A stretch of DNA of 48,607 nt from a virus (lineage: Duplodnaviria; Caudoviricetes), in IMG/VR virus record IMGVR_UViG_3300025390_000012, positions 1 to 48,607 of that record; one strand, 5' to 3'. Below are positions 11,003-21,176 of this stretch, piece by piece (the stretch's first letter is position 1; every line of letters starts with the position of its first letter). The notes under the pieces are model-generated. The model saw only the letters and a program-made list of their open reading frames with translations, made no database searches and was not told where the DNA came from. The position numbers and the translations under genes were made by a program.

Positions 11003-12909
11003 TAACCAAGTCCCATCTTCTGAATAATCGCGTTAGCATTGCCAAGCAATGTTGATTGAGCATTCTTAGTATTAAGCCACTGTGGTTGCTGGCGAACAGT
11101 ATTGGCAAAGGAAAGCGGATCAATAACATTTCCGTTTGCATCGCCACGCAAAGCGTCAGATATAATCTTGCCATATCCAGTATTTGAGCCAAGCGTTACA
11201 TCGCTAGGTTGCACTTCAAGCAGACCAGTAAGTGTTGTCATATACGGTGCTGCAATCTGAGAAACAGTTTGTCCGCTTTTTAGTTGTTCTGCAAATGGCT
11301 TATATGTGTTGATAGCGTTTTGTTGTTGTTGAGCCTTGAAACTATCTAAATCATATCCTGAAATGCCGCCCTGAATCTTTTGAGCATAGTCTTGCAATTG
11401 AGCATCTGTGTATGTGCCAGACATTCCATAATCAGCCAATGTGCTTTTTAAGTTTGAAATATTTGCAGCAATTGCGCCTTGTGGCGTACCGCTGGCAGGA
11501 TTGTAAGCAATCTTGGCATGTGTTGCAACAAATTTATCAAGATTTGCTGTTAAAGTTTGTGGGTCATCATAATAAGTATTAAGCAATGTTGTTACTGGAT
11601 TATTAGTATCTTTAAACGCTGCTGTAATACCTGCTGTATCTGAAGGCTTAAGTTCTGGGCCAAGAGCCGATGGGTCAAGACCTTGCGAAACAGCGCTGTT
11701 ATACATTGCTTTCCAAGTAGCATCATATTGGGTATACCATGCTGCTCCGCCGCTGCCATAAAAATCTTCATTGGCTTTTTGCATGCTTTGACCCATTTGC
11801 GCCCAACGTGGGTCTGCTTGGATCTTGTCAATAAATGCTTGAGTTGGTAATGCTCCGCCTTTAGCGTTAACAGATTCGTTGAGAATGTTAAGCATCCAAG
11901 GATTAGCAAGTGCCATGGCACCAAATGCACCGTATTGTTTTGCCAATTTTGCCAACTGGTCATTAACGGTTAAAGGTCCACTTGCTGTGGCATCCATTGG
12001 CGAAACTGGCGTAAGGCTTTCTGGGCCAGTTTGATTTACTTTTGTAAAGATTGGTTGACCATATTGGTCAAGTTGATTAAAGCCAGTATCGCTTGTGCTA
12101 CCGCCAGCACCCGCACCTGAAGATCCAGCACCTGCGCCACCACCAGCACCCGCGCCAGCACCTGCATCAGACTTAGTTTTAGGCGGTGTTGCAACGCCAG
12201 TAATTTGTTCGGCAGTACGATTGCGAACTTGGCTTTGCTCTAAAGCATTGGCAGAATTTGCTGCCGCTTCTGCACCTAGTGGGGTTAATTCAGATTTAGC
12301 ATTAAAGTACTGTACTTGCGCTTTCTGATTTTGTGCTTGCAAAGAAGAAATTTGCTTATCAATGGCAGATGTATCTTTGCCGTTGGCAGCATCTACAACT
12401 TTTTGATTTTGTAATTTAGTTATTTGCTTTTCTAAAGACGCAATTTGCTGATCGGTAGATTGCTCTGTAGCCTGAAGACCTTTTTGAGACTTGATGTAAT
12501 CTTGTGCGCTACCATGCAATGATTGCAATTGAGTGTTGTAATCTTGCTGTTGCTTAATCAAAGCATTTTGTTGTTTAATGTCAGCAATTAAAGCCTGTGC
12601 GCGAGGGTCTGTTTGTGGCACACCGCTGTTAAGAAGCGATGTCAATTCATCAGAATAATTCTGAACATTGATTGGAGCCTGAATATAATCCTGTGGGTTG
12701 CCAGGTAGGCTAGGCTCCATCTTTGCCATTTGAGACTGAATTTTTTGGATCTGAGCAAGTACATCACCAGAACCTTGTTTAAATTCCATTTCGGCAAGAA
12801 GATTGCCGCCGCCAATTTGACCAGTGCCACCTTGATTATAATACTCTTGCTTTAACTGTTCAAGTTCCCAAGCAAGTTGATTGTATTGTGATTGTTTATC
12901 AGTAGCCAT
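11002..12909 (-). CDS. Putative internal virion protein
   Basis: 635 aa, Q-rich coiled coil with a GA linker; TAATG-coupled. Confidence 0.55.
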   Translation of the reverse strand: MATDKQSQYNQLAWELEQLKQEYYNQGGTGQIGGGNLLAEMEFKQGSGDVLAQIQKIQSQMAKMEPSLPGNPQDYIQAPINVQNYSDELTSLLNSGVPQTDPRAQALIADIKQQNALIKQQQDYNTQLQSLHGSAQDYIKSQKGLQATEQSTDQQIASLEKQITKLQNQKVVDAANGKDTSAIDKQISSLQAQNQKAQVQYFNAKSELTPLGAEAAANSANALEQSQVRNRTAEQITGVATPPKTKSDAGAGAGAGGGAGAGSSGAGAGGSTSDTGFNQLDQYGQPIFTKVNQTGPESLTPVSPMDATASGPLTVNDQLAKLAKQYGAFGAMALANPWMLNILNESVNAKGGALPTQAFIDKIQADPRWAQMGQSMQKANEDFYGSGGAAWYTQYDATWKAMYNSAVSQGLDPSALGPELKPSDTAGITAAFKDTNNPVTTLLNTYYDDPQTLTANLDKFVATHAKIAYNPASGTPQGAIAANISNLKSTLADYGMSGTYTDAQLQDYAQKIQGGISGYDLDSFKAQQQQNAINTYKPFAEQLKSGQTVSQIAAPYMTTLTGLLEVQPSDVTLGSNTGYGKIISDALRGDANGNVIDPLSFANTVRQQPQWLNTKNAQSTLLGNANAIIQKMGLG

Positions 12910-13376
12910 TACATTGGTCCTCTGTATTGGTCGGTCAGGGATTGTAAAGCACCCATGTAGTTATTGATGGCATAATATTGCCTTGCTTCACCAGTGTTTT
13001 GAATAATGGTTTGCAAGAATGTTTGTGGATCTACACCAGAACTTACTTGTCCGCCAGTAATGTCAGCACGCTTACCTGTTGGTCCATAGGTGGTTGTTTC
13101 ATTAAATGTGCCAAAATTTTGTCGCTCAGCAGCAAGCAATTCTTGACCATAGGTTTGAATTTCTTGCGGTGTGGCATTACGGCCAAGAAGTGATTGCATT
13201 GTAGCGTTTACAAGTCCCTCAATATCTTGAGGTGATGTTTGTGTTGTAGAAGTGGTATTGGTTTTTGTAACCATGTTGGCATAAATATTGCCAGCGCCAC
13301 CTTGGGCTTGCGACAAAAGAGCATTAAATTGACTTGTTGGCACTGTGGTGGTGCTACTAGATGTTGTAGTACTCAT
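12909..13376 (-). CDS. Hypothetical virion protein
   Basis: 155 aa; LLGRNATPQE motif; TAATG-coupled. Confidence 0.65.
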   Translation of the reverse strand: MSTTTSSSTTTVPTSQFNALLSQAQGGAGNIYANMVTKTNTTSTTQTSPQDIEGLVNATMQSLLGRNATPQEIQTYGQELLAAERQNFGTFNETTTYGPTGKRADITGGQVSSGVDPQTFLQTIIQNTGEARQYYAINNYMGALQSLTDQYRGPM

Positions 13377-16300
13377 TATGCTGCCCTTCTAAATACGCTT
13401 GTAATAACGCTTTGCAACTTTGGATTTGCTGCAGCCAAGTTGTCAAGGTATGTGTACCAAGCATCTTGAAGATTTGAATAACCTGGTAGATGTGTACCAT
13501 TGATTGTGTTGGCCAATAAACCAGCATGATAATCCTGATAACTTGCAAGCAATTCTTTAATTCCGCTACCTTCATCAGTATTTGGAATTAAACCTTTTTT
13601 ATTCATTGCTTCAAATTGACCAATAACTTTTGCTGATTGAATTGGGCGTGTTGGATTGTTATAGTCTGCAAACCAGATTGGATTGCTTTGACCATAATCT
13701 GTTGTGATTTGTTTCCACACTTGGCCCATTTGATATTCGGCTTGACGGTTGCCAGCCTTGCGAGCAGCAGTTAAAGCATTTTGATAATCAGTATAATCTT
13801 GCGCTAAATCTTGCCATCCTTGCTTGACATACAAAGAATTAAGAAAATCTGTTGATGTTACCTTTGAGCGAAAATGGTCAAGCAAAAGTTTATTCTCAAC
13901 TGCAAGCGCATCTTTGCCGTCTGCTACCTGTGGGATAAGGTATGGTGCAGCGCTAGAATATGCAGGGTTGTTAAGCAAAGCCCCATTGCTGTTAATAAAG
14001 TTTAATGTGCTGTCAGCCAACGGTACATATGCCCCGCTTGTGCCATTTTGGCTGCGGGCTAATGTGTAACCCAAAGCCCTGTTTGGATTGCTTGGCGAAC
14101 CAGTTTGCTCAATAAACTTATTTAACGCACTAGCCGCCGTGTACTTCTGGCCTGTGGTTGGATCGGTTTGATTCAACAGGCTAAGGTAATCAGAGCGTAG
14201 TGTTTGTAGGTTCTTGTCATAATAGTCATTGCTTACCGTTGGAGCCAATGGCAAGAAGAACGAGAACAAACCTTTGATAAGCAAGTTAGACTTGGCATTG
14301 TCTTGGATCTTGCCCAAAATCTGCGCTTGCTGATAAGGTGGCAATGATGTGTAGTTTTCTGGCAAATCACCATGATAATAAGCGGCAGCAATTGCTGACA
14401 ACTTAGAATTGTAAACAGTTGACTCACGCTCGTCAAAATTTAGCGCATTGAAAATATCGCGCATGGTTGAGTTAGGCATAATTGTGTCAATAATGTTTTG
14501 CGCTGGATAACCACCATTTGCAAGATTAACAGCCTTATCAGTCCATGGGAACATCTTAGATATTTGGTTTAATCCCAAGTTGATAAATGGGCTAACGCCA
14601 GGTGTTTTAATTTCTGGCAATACAGATAACAAGGATGCTGTGTTACCAGTAATAGATTCTGGCAAACCTGTAAACTGAGTCATGCCAAGGGCATTTAAGC
14701 CACGAGAAAGCGCATTGCCAAATTCACCCAAGATTGGGTAAACAATGTACTTCTGTCCGTTTGGATCTGTATGTACAAAGCCAGGGTTGTTCATGCCTTG
14801 CTGGATCATCTGATAATCACGAAACGCCTGTGGGTTTGTCATAATCAAATTGCCCGTACGACGCAAAGCCTGCTCTTGAGCAAAGTAAAACGGAAAGATG
14901 TTGCGGTGCATAATTGCCCATTGGCTACGAATAGCAGGGCTGTGAATGCACGGAATCATATCTCGTGTAGCCTGAGTAGCAGACATGCGTACTGCTTCTT
15001 CTTTACTCATCAAGCCCATATCAACCAATGGTTGATTTTCAACACGACGACGAAAGTAAAAGTCGTTAAATATAGGCTGACGAGAAATATAATCCATCAC
15101 AGGTGTAACGAATTTGCGATAACCAAATTCTTCTACGCGGCGCATAGAATCTGCAATAGAAGGCATATGACGCTTACCAAGAACCTTGATAGGCAACGAT
15201 GCTTGTGGCAACTGCTTTATTTCTTTTTCAGTTACTGGCTTGTTGTTGGCAATACGGCTAAGAATGCCATTTTGGATGGTACCATCGGCACCGCTTACAA
15301 GTCCTTGCAAATGTTCAACTTGAGCCTTTGCAAAAGATTCTGGAACGGCTTTTGTGTAACCATCCATAGAACTGCGTAGATTTTGAAACATTGCAGGATC
15401 TTTAATACGAGCAGCCTGCGCATCAACAAGTTGAGCAAATCGTTGTTCTGCTGGCAAAGCAGCAAATGCTGGATTTGTCATACGGTTGAGATAATCACGA
15501 GCAATGATTCTTGACGCTTCGTCATCAACAGCATCGTTGATGTTGCGAGCATAGTAAAAATGAAAGTTAGGATCTTGCGATGTTAGTCCAGCAAGTTCCT
15601 CGCCAGGCACAGATCCATGACCCTTGGTTTTAGCAAATAGGTCAACATTGTCTTTAGCGCATAATTCTTGGCTAACGTTTGAGTTGTGCGCACCGCTTAC
15701 GGCTGGCGTAGGGCCAGTGCCAAGCACATCTTCACGCTCAACAATTGCGTTAATTTTGTCACGAACAAAATACGGAAGAAGGTTTGATTCTTTAAACTTG
15801 TTGGCTACCCAGCCAACTGGCATAAAGCGATAACGACCAGCAACAACAGAATTGGCCATATTGTTCCAAGACTGCTTGCTATCAATAGCCTTGGCAAGTT
15901 GCTTCATTCTGCTTTCTTGAGCATCAAGTTCTTTGGTTACTTCGTTAGAAGTAATTGGAACAGGCTTACCTGTTTCCTGTTCTTTTTCAAAAGCATCTTT
16001 GTCAGTTTCGGTAAGACCTTGATTAAACTTCTCGGTATGGTAATCCATATATTTGCGAGAAAGGTTGTTTGTTGTATTGGTAATTACGTTGCCAATGTAA
16101 CTAGCCAAACCACGACGCATAATTTGTTGTAACGCTTCACCAGAAGATACGCGCAAACCAAATGCTGTTGAAAGCAATGTTAAAGGTGCAAAGATTACGT
16201 TTGTGTAATGCGTAAATCCATCATCAATTGGGTTGTACAAAGCGCCGTAAGCCTTGGCATTACGCAGTGCTGTACGGGTAGCCTTAAGGTCAATAAGCGA

Positions 16301-18100
16301 GCCTTGATAGCGCTGTGCAGGCACAACAGCCATTGATCGTGGTGTATCGCCATATTCTGGCTTAATATCTACAGCGCCACCGTCTACGCCGTTTACTGTG
16401 TAGTAAACAGAATGATCTGAACTTGCGCTAATACTGGCGTCTTTAAGTTCAGAAAAAAGTTTAGATGCTTGAGCATCGGCCAAACCAAAGTTCTTGAGAA
16501 CTTCTTGATTAAGGCTGTGCATAAGGGCAAGACGAGCAGTATCATCTGGAGCAAAGATCATGGCTCCAGCATGTTCTACGGCAAGTTTGTGTGGTAACGC
16601 GTATGAAGCAATCTGATACGCGGTGGTAGCAGCACGTGGATCTGCTGGATCAAACTTTTCAGTAGATAACGCATTGGCTTCAGTATCGTAAGACATTGCA
16701 CGCTTGTTGGTAAAGGTACGAACCTTGCCAGCAAGGGCATTCATTACAGCGCTATTACCAGGCTTAAACAACGCAGGAGCATTGATTTTCCACATTTGCT
16801 CTTGCTTAATTTCGCCAGTTGTTTTGTCAACAACAGATCTAAACTTAGGAGCCATTTGCTGTTGACCAGTATTTGGGTCAATGATCGGATTGCCGTCGGC
16901 ATCAACCTGCGGTTCCATAACAGCGCTTTTACGAGGCAATAGCAAGTTAACTTGATCGTTATAGTTTGTTGCTTGCTCGCTGTTGCGAATACGATCTAAA
17001 CCCCATTTTTCGTTAAGGGCTTTAGCCATTGTACGAGAAGGCAACTGCAAAGCACCAAGTGCTTGTGTAGATTTGTCAGCAAATTCTTTAGAGAAAAGCG
17101 ATTGCTTTGCCAATTGGTCAAATTCAGTTTCGCTTTTAACTGTAGCCAAAGCCTTAACAAATGGTCTTGACCATTGGTTTGGTGCGCCGTATTTCATCTC
17201 AATAATACCAGCCGCTTTTTGCGGGGTGTTATTTGTGGCAATATTTACAATATCTTCACGGGCTGAGCGTTGCGCACGAGAAAATGGATTTGATGGATCC
17301 ATATATTTATCGTATTGGTCAGCGGTAATAATTTTGCTAGAAACTTTATTGGTAAGAAAAGCGCTTAAACCACTTGCGTTTGTAGCAAAAGGCAATGTGT
17401 TGCGGATAATTGGTTGATTAGTAACAGGATCCAATTTGGTAAGCGGAATGCCGTTAGTATCTTTAATAATGTTGCCAGCATCATCGGTTTGCTTAACAAC
17501 AGCAAGATGGTCGCCAGCCTTAAGTTGTGCGCCGACCTTGCCAAGTTTGCCTAGCGGATCTGCAGCAAAATCAAAAGAAGCATCTGAAATACCAGAAACA
17601 ATTTGACCTACACCAGTATCAGTATTGGCAAGTGTGCCAAGACCAGGAATGTGTGAAAGCCCATGAGACAAATCACGACCAAAAGACACAAGGTAATTTG
17701 GGTCGTTTGATTTGTCAAAAGAATCTTTGTAGGCTGGAACAACACGGCCAAGAATATTGCGGGTTAATGCAGCACCTGCGGCAGCGCCTAGCGCTGTACC
17801 TTCAGGTCCAAGAAAAGAACCAATTGCTCCGCCGCCAAGCACACCAATTGTGCTTAAGATGCCAGAACCGATGCCATGATCCACAAACATGCTGTGAATA
17901 AACTTGTAGTCTGATTCAACTTCCTGCAATGGCTTATTAGCCCATGACAACGCCGTGCCAACGGCTTTGCCAACTACTGGAATATCAGATACGCCCTTGC
18001 TAATATCGCTAGGAATGCTTTTTAAAAAGCCAAAAAATCCACCGCCATTAGATTGCGGCTGTTGTGGTGCTGTCGGTGGAAGCGGTTGAGTAACACTCAC
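13376..18100 (-). CDS. Large internal virion / DNA ejection protein
   Basis: 1574-aa ORF, mostly helical; size and position as in podovirus ejection proteins. Confidence 0.6.
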   Translation of the reverse strand: MSVTQPLPPTAPQQPQSNGGGFFGFLKSIPSDISKGVSDIPVVGKAVGTALSWANKPLQEVESDYKFIHSMFVDHGIGSGILSTIGVLGGGAIGSFLGPEGTALGAAAGAALTRNILGRVVPAYKDSFDKSNDPNYLVSFGRDLSHGLSHIPGLGTLANTDTGVGQIVSGISDASFDFAADPLGKLGKVGAQLKAGDHLAVVKQTDDAGNIIKDTNGIPLTKLDPVTNQPIIRNTLPFATNASGLSAFLTNKVSSKIITADQYDKYMDPSNPFSRAQRSAREDIVNIATNNTPQKAAGIIEMKYGAPNQWSRPFVKALATVKSETEFDQLAKQSLFSKEFADKSTQALGALQLPSRTMAKALNEKWGLDRIRNSEQATNYNDQVNLLLPRKSAVMEPQVDADGNPIIDPNTGQQQMAPKFRSVVDKTTGEIKQEQMWKINAPALFKPGNSAVMNALAGKVRTFTNKRAMSYDTEANALSTEKFDPADPRAATTAYQIASYALPHKLAVEHAGAMIFAPDDTARLALMHSLNQEVLKNFGLADAQASKLFSELKDASISASSDHSVYYTVNGVDGGAVDIKPEYGDTPRSMAVVPAQRYQGSLIDLKATRTALRNAKAYGALYNPIDDGFTHYTNVIFAPLTLLSTAFGLRVSSGEALQQIMRRGLASYIGNVITNTTNNLSRKYMDYHTEKFNQGLTETDKDAFEKEQETGKPVPITSNEVTKELDAQESRMKQLAKAIDSKQSWNNMANSVVAGRYRFMPVGWVANKFKESNLLPYFVRDKINAIVEREDVLGTGPTPAVSGAHNSNVSQELCAKDNVDLFAKTKGHGSVPGEELAGLTSQDPNFHFYYARNINDAVDDEASRIIARDYLNRMTNPAFAALPAEQRFAQLVDAQAARIKDPAMFQNLRSSMDGYTKAVPESFAKAQVEHLQGLVSGADGTIQNGILSRIANNKPVTEKEIKQLPQASLPIKVLGKRHMPSIADSMRRVEEFGYRKFVTPVMDYISRQPIFNDFYFRRRVENQPLVDMGLMSKEEAVRMSATQATRDMIPCIHSPAIRSQWAIMHRNIFPFYFAQEQALRRTGNLIMTNPQAFRDYQMIQQGMNNPGFVHTDPNGQKYIVYPILGEFGNALSRGLNALGMTQFTGLPESITGNTASLLSVLPEIKTPGVSPFINLGLNQISKMFPWTDKAVNLANGGYPAQNIIDTIMPNSTMRDIFNALNFDERESTVYNSKLSAIAAAYYHGDLPENYTSLPPYQQAQILGKIQDNAKSNLLIKGLFSFFLPLAPTVSNDYYDKNLQTLRSDYLSLLNQTDPTTGQKYTAASALNKFIEQTGSPSNPNRALGYTLARSQNGTSGAYVPLADSTLNFINSNGALLNNPAYSSAAPYLIPQVADGKDALAVENKLLLDHFRSKVTSTDFLNSLYVKQGWQDLAQDYTDYQNALTAARKAGNRQAEYQMGQVWKQITTDYGQSNPIWFADYNNPTRPIQSAKVIGQFEAMNKKGLIPNTDEGSGIKELLASYQDYHAGLLANTINGTHLPGYSNLQDAWYTYLDNLAAANPKLQSVITSVFRRAA

Positions 18101-18438
18101 TGATTCATCCCACCCATCATTTTATCAAAGGCATTTGCAATAACTGCGTTTGCTACATCTGGTGTAGATTTTAACGCATTTTTAAACCATACATTGGAAT
18201 TGTATGTAGCAATATGGTCATCAATTGCTTGCGCATGTGACACAAAGTGATTGACTGCTGCAAGCGTGTTAACTGTTTGTTGATTGCCAGACTGCAACGC
18301 TTCTGCGCCAAGTGTTGGAGAAGCAGTAAAAAATTCTTGATTGCCTTTTACGGCGTCGTTAGCAAAATCAATATTTGGGCCAGCACCAATATTTGCTTGT
18401 GTGGTTGGCTGTACAGGCGGTTGAGGTGTAATAGCCAT
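18097..18438 (-). CDS. Hypothetical protein
   Basis: 113-aa ORF in the operon; overlaps the next start. Confidence 0.7.
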   Translation of the reverse strand: MAITPQPPVQPTTQANIGAGPNIDFANDAVKGNQEFFTASPTLGAEALQSGNQQTVNTLAAVNHFVSHAQAIDDHIATYNSNVWFKNALKSTPDVANAVIANAFDKMMGGMNQ

Positions 18439-18441
18439 GTA

Positions 18442-18927
18442 TTACTTTCCTAGTTTGCTAGCAAGTGCCTGTAATTCAGGGGAAGCATCTTTGTTTGCGG
18501 CAAGTGCTTGCACGAGGTTCTTTGCTGATTGTCCACCCTGAGTCATTTGACCTGGTTGGATACCAATGGCTTCTGGTCCTGCACCAGCACCCATTGGACT
18601 GCCTGTTGTGACAGGCTCATTTGGGCGTTGTGTAGGAGCAGAAAGCGGTGTGACTTGTTGAGCCATGCCGCCTTGCTGTGGTTGTTGTCCACCTTGCTGT
18701 GCGGCTGCTGCAAGAGCAGATGGAGCAGGTGCATTGCCACCAAGACGCGTTGCGGACATTGGGGCTTGTGCTTGCAGATTCATTAGTTCCTGACCATCGC
18801 CATAATTTGGCATACCAGCAACATAACGCATTGCTTGCTTTGAGGCTACGCTACCTGGTCCATCGGTTCGTGTGCTTAATGCACCTGGGAGTGATGGTGT
18901 TGTTGCTGGCTTTTGTGGGGCTGGCAT
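18442..18927 (-). CDS. Pro/Gln-rich hypothetical virion protein
   Basis: 161 aa; PGALSTRTDG, YGDG and PTQRPNEPVTTG motifs. Confidence 0.7.
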   Translation of the reverse strand: MPAPQKPATTPSLPGALSTRTDGPGSVASKQAMRYVAGMPNYGDGQELMNLQAQAPMSATRLGGNAPAPSALAAAAQQGGQQPQQGGMAQQVTPLSAPTQRPNEPVTTGSPMGAGAGPEAIGIQPGQMTQGGQSAKNLVQALAANKDASPELQALASKLGK

Positions 18928-18931
18928 CTAC

Positions 18932-19147
18932 CTACTCACCTTCTTGTAATGTCTCAATGGTCCTAGCGGCATACTCGTGGAACGATTTTTTGTCATCCAC
19001 GAAACTTGCTTGTGTATCTAACATGTGTGTTAGAACTTGAAAAAAGTTAGAGGCTACATCGCATAGTTCGGATGCAGTTGAAGCAAACAAGGCAAAGGCA
19101 TCCCACTTGCTTAGGCTTGTAGGAGCCTTGCCCTGTTCATTAGTCAT
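18932..19147 (-). CDS. Hypothetical protein
   Basis: 71-aa ORF filling the operon gap. Confidence 0.6.
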   Translation of the reverse strand: MTNEQGKAPTSLSKWDAFALFASTASELCDVASNFFQVLTHMLDTQASFVDDKKSFHEYAARTIETLQEGE

Positions 19148-19150
19148 AAC

Positions 19151-19357
19151 TTAGTCGCGTGGCTTTCCTGCTTCGGTGCCTGTTCCGCGTGTGCCTGAAG
19201 GCTGTACTGTGTACTTGATGTCTGATTTGCCAGTTGGCTTAACAGATGGTGCCTTCTGGATTGATGTCTTCTGTGTTGTTGCGTCTGATGAACCATGTCC
19301 ACCCTGCAACTTAACGCTCACCTTTGGTGAGTTAAGGCTTGACTTGAATTGTGCCAT
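19151..19357 (-). CDS. Hypothetical basic protein
   Basis: 68-aa ORF with AGGAG RBS. Confidence 0.65.
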   Translation of the reverse strand: MAQFKSSLNSPKVSVKLQGGHGSSDATTQKTSIQKAPSVKPTGKSDIKYTVQPSGTRGTGTEAGKPRD

Positions 19358-19397
19358 TTTTTGTTTCTCCTATAGGGGTTGTGTCACACCAGGAACG

Positions 19398-21176
19398 TTA
19401 GGCTGGTGAGCGTCTGGCGACATTTGCAGATAACTGCGGTGCGCCAGAAGATGAAAGTCCTGCAAGTAGGTTTTGCAACGCAGATGGTTGACCCTGTGGT
19501 GCAGGTGGCATACCTTGCGGTGCGCCTGGTTGAGTAGGTTCCCCACCAGGAGCCTGACCTTGCGCGCTAGCGGCTGCAACAGGTGGGGAGACTTGTTGTG
19601 CAAACGCTTCAGACAAAACATCTTCGATGTTGTCGCCATTCATACGGCCCTTGATAGCAGAAGCAATTGCCATTAACGCCTTTGAAGGATCTTGTCCTTG
19701 TAGCGCAAGGGTTGGGATTGCATTTGCATAAGAAGTAACTGCTTGCATAAGAGCATCGCGTAGTTCTTCAACTTCTACTTTTTCTTCTTCTTGGGTGACG
19801 TTCATATCCCAAGGCATTTGACGGCGCAAGAAGTCGCGTGAGATTAACTTATCTCCACGAGCCTGCAAGCCAAAGACGAGTGCGCGGTTTGGATCTAGTC
19901 CAGCCATCATGCCGTAAGACACATCGCACCAGTAATCGCCAGCAATGTCCTTCTTAGGCGTGTAGGTAATCTCGTAAGGCGCACCAGCAGTTACGCCGCG
20001 TACTTCCTTTTCAACATCACCAAATAATTTCTCGTCCATCTTGAAGCATAGGCGCATAACGTGGCGGAATGTCTCAGCAAATACAGCCTGTGCTGTCTTA
20101 ACCTGTGTATCAAATCCACCCATCAGGGCTTCTACGCCACGGCCTGTAACAATAGAACCTGATTGCTGACCTAGACGGCCTTGTGGGTAACGTGAACCTA
20201 CACGAAGTTCTTGATCTAGTTCGCCAGTCTCTTGGAAGATTCCGTTAGGAATGTCAAGTGATACACGGCGAATTTTTTCTGGGTTGGCAGAGCGGATAGT
20301 CGCATCTGGACCAATTTCAATAACGTTAACATCTGAAGGCAAAGCGAATGGAGCCTGTACAGATTTTTGTGCTGCTTCCAATTGAAATGTTGCCATGCGT
20401 GCGCGAGCAACCTGTACCCACATAATGTCATCAAACTGTCCGCGTTGGTTCTCATCTGAGTCAACGCCAGGGCGGATGGCAAGGGCAATTGGTAGTTCAT
20501 CAAGAAGGTTGGCTGCACGCTCAAGCACAAGGTTGTTACGCTCAGGGATAAAAAGAACTAACTCGTTCTTATCCTGATAGCGATATACCTCAAGCATACG
20601 CTCTGAGTTGCGGTTCTCATACTTGGTAAGAATCTGACCTTCAAGTTCTGGAAAGTCATTGCATAGTTCGCGTACGGACTTCTGGTAGCGCTTGGTGTAG
20701 GAAAGCAACTTGCCAAACCGATCAAACTCAGGGTATGAGTTGATTGGGTTGTCAATGCGAATCATTGGGCGATTGTTTTCCCAATCAGGCTCAACAATAA
20801 AAGCAAGCATTCCAAAGGTCAAGTAACGGTCAGCACCTGAATACATCATGGTCTGAAGGTTGCAAGAGTCGCGGTAACCAGCGACAATCATGGTGCGCTT
20901 ATCAGCACGCTTTCTCGCACGATCTGAGATGGCATCTGTTGTATCGCAGTTGAAGGCAGGTAGCGGAGCAATAACTTCAGCCACATCGCGGGCAGCAACG
21001 TCAATGAAGTTTGCCACCATAGGCTTTGGATATTCTTCAGAGAACATGCCAGGAAAGACTTGTTGGATGTCACCTTGGCGGATAGCCATAAGGTCAGCCC
21101 AACGAGAGTCGCGGGTGTGGAACCTATCCCGCAACTTGCGGACTTTTACGCCCAACTCGTTAATATCTATTGCCAC
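19398..21176 (-). CDS. Portal protein
   Basis: 592 aa directly after the terminase; size and P/Q-rich tail typical of podoviral portals. Confidence 0.8.
   Translation of the reverse strand: MAIDINELGVKVRKLRDRFHTRDSRWADLMAIRQGDIQQVFPGMFSEEYPKPMVANFIDVAARDVAEVIAPLPAFNCDTTDAISDRARKRADKRTMIVAGYRDSCNLQTMMYSGADRYLTFGMLAFIVEPDWENNRPMIRIDNPINSYPEFDRFGKLLSYTKRYQKSVRELCNDFPELEGQILTKYENRNSERMLEVYRYQDKNELVLFIPERNNLVLERAANLLDELPIALAIRPGVDSDENQRGQFDDIMWVQVARARMATFQLEAAQKSVQAPFALPSDVNVIEIGPDATIRSANPEKIRRVSLDIPNGIFQETGELDQELRVGSRYPQGRLGQQSGSIVTGRGVEALMGGFDTQVKTAQAVFAETFRHVMRLCFKMDEKLFGDVEKEVRGVTAGAPYEITYTPKKDIAGDYWCDVSYGMMAGLDPNRALVFGLQARGDKLISRDFLRRQMPWDMNVTQEEEKVEVEELRDALMQAVTSYANAIPTLALQGQDPSKALMAIASAIKGRMNGDNIEDVLSEAFAQQVSPPVAAASAQGQAPGGEPTQPGAPQGMPPAPQGQPSALQNLLAGLSSSGAPQLSANVARRSPA

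Noticed and set aside
14771-15379. 202-aa plus-strand ORF and similar antisense ORFs (4733..5374, 16983..17417)
   Set aside because: Antisense to long, well-supported genes, with no recognisable motifs
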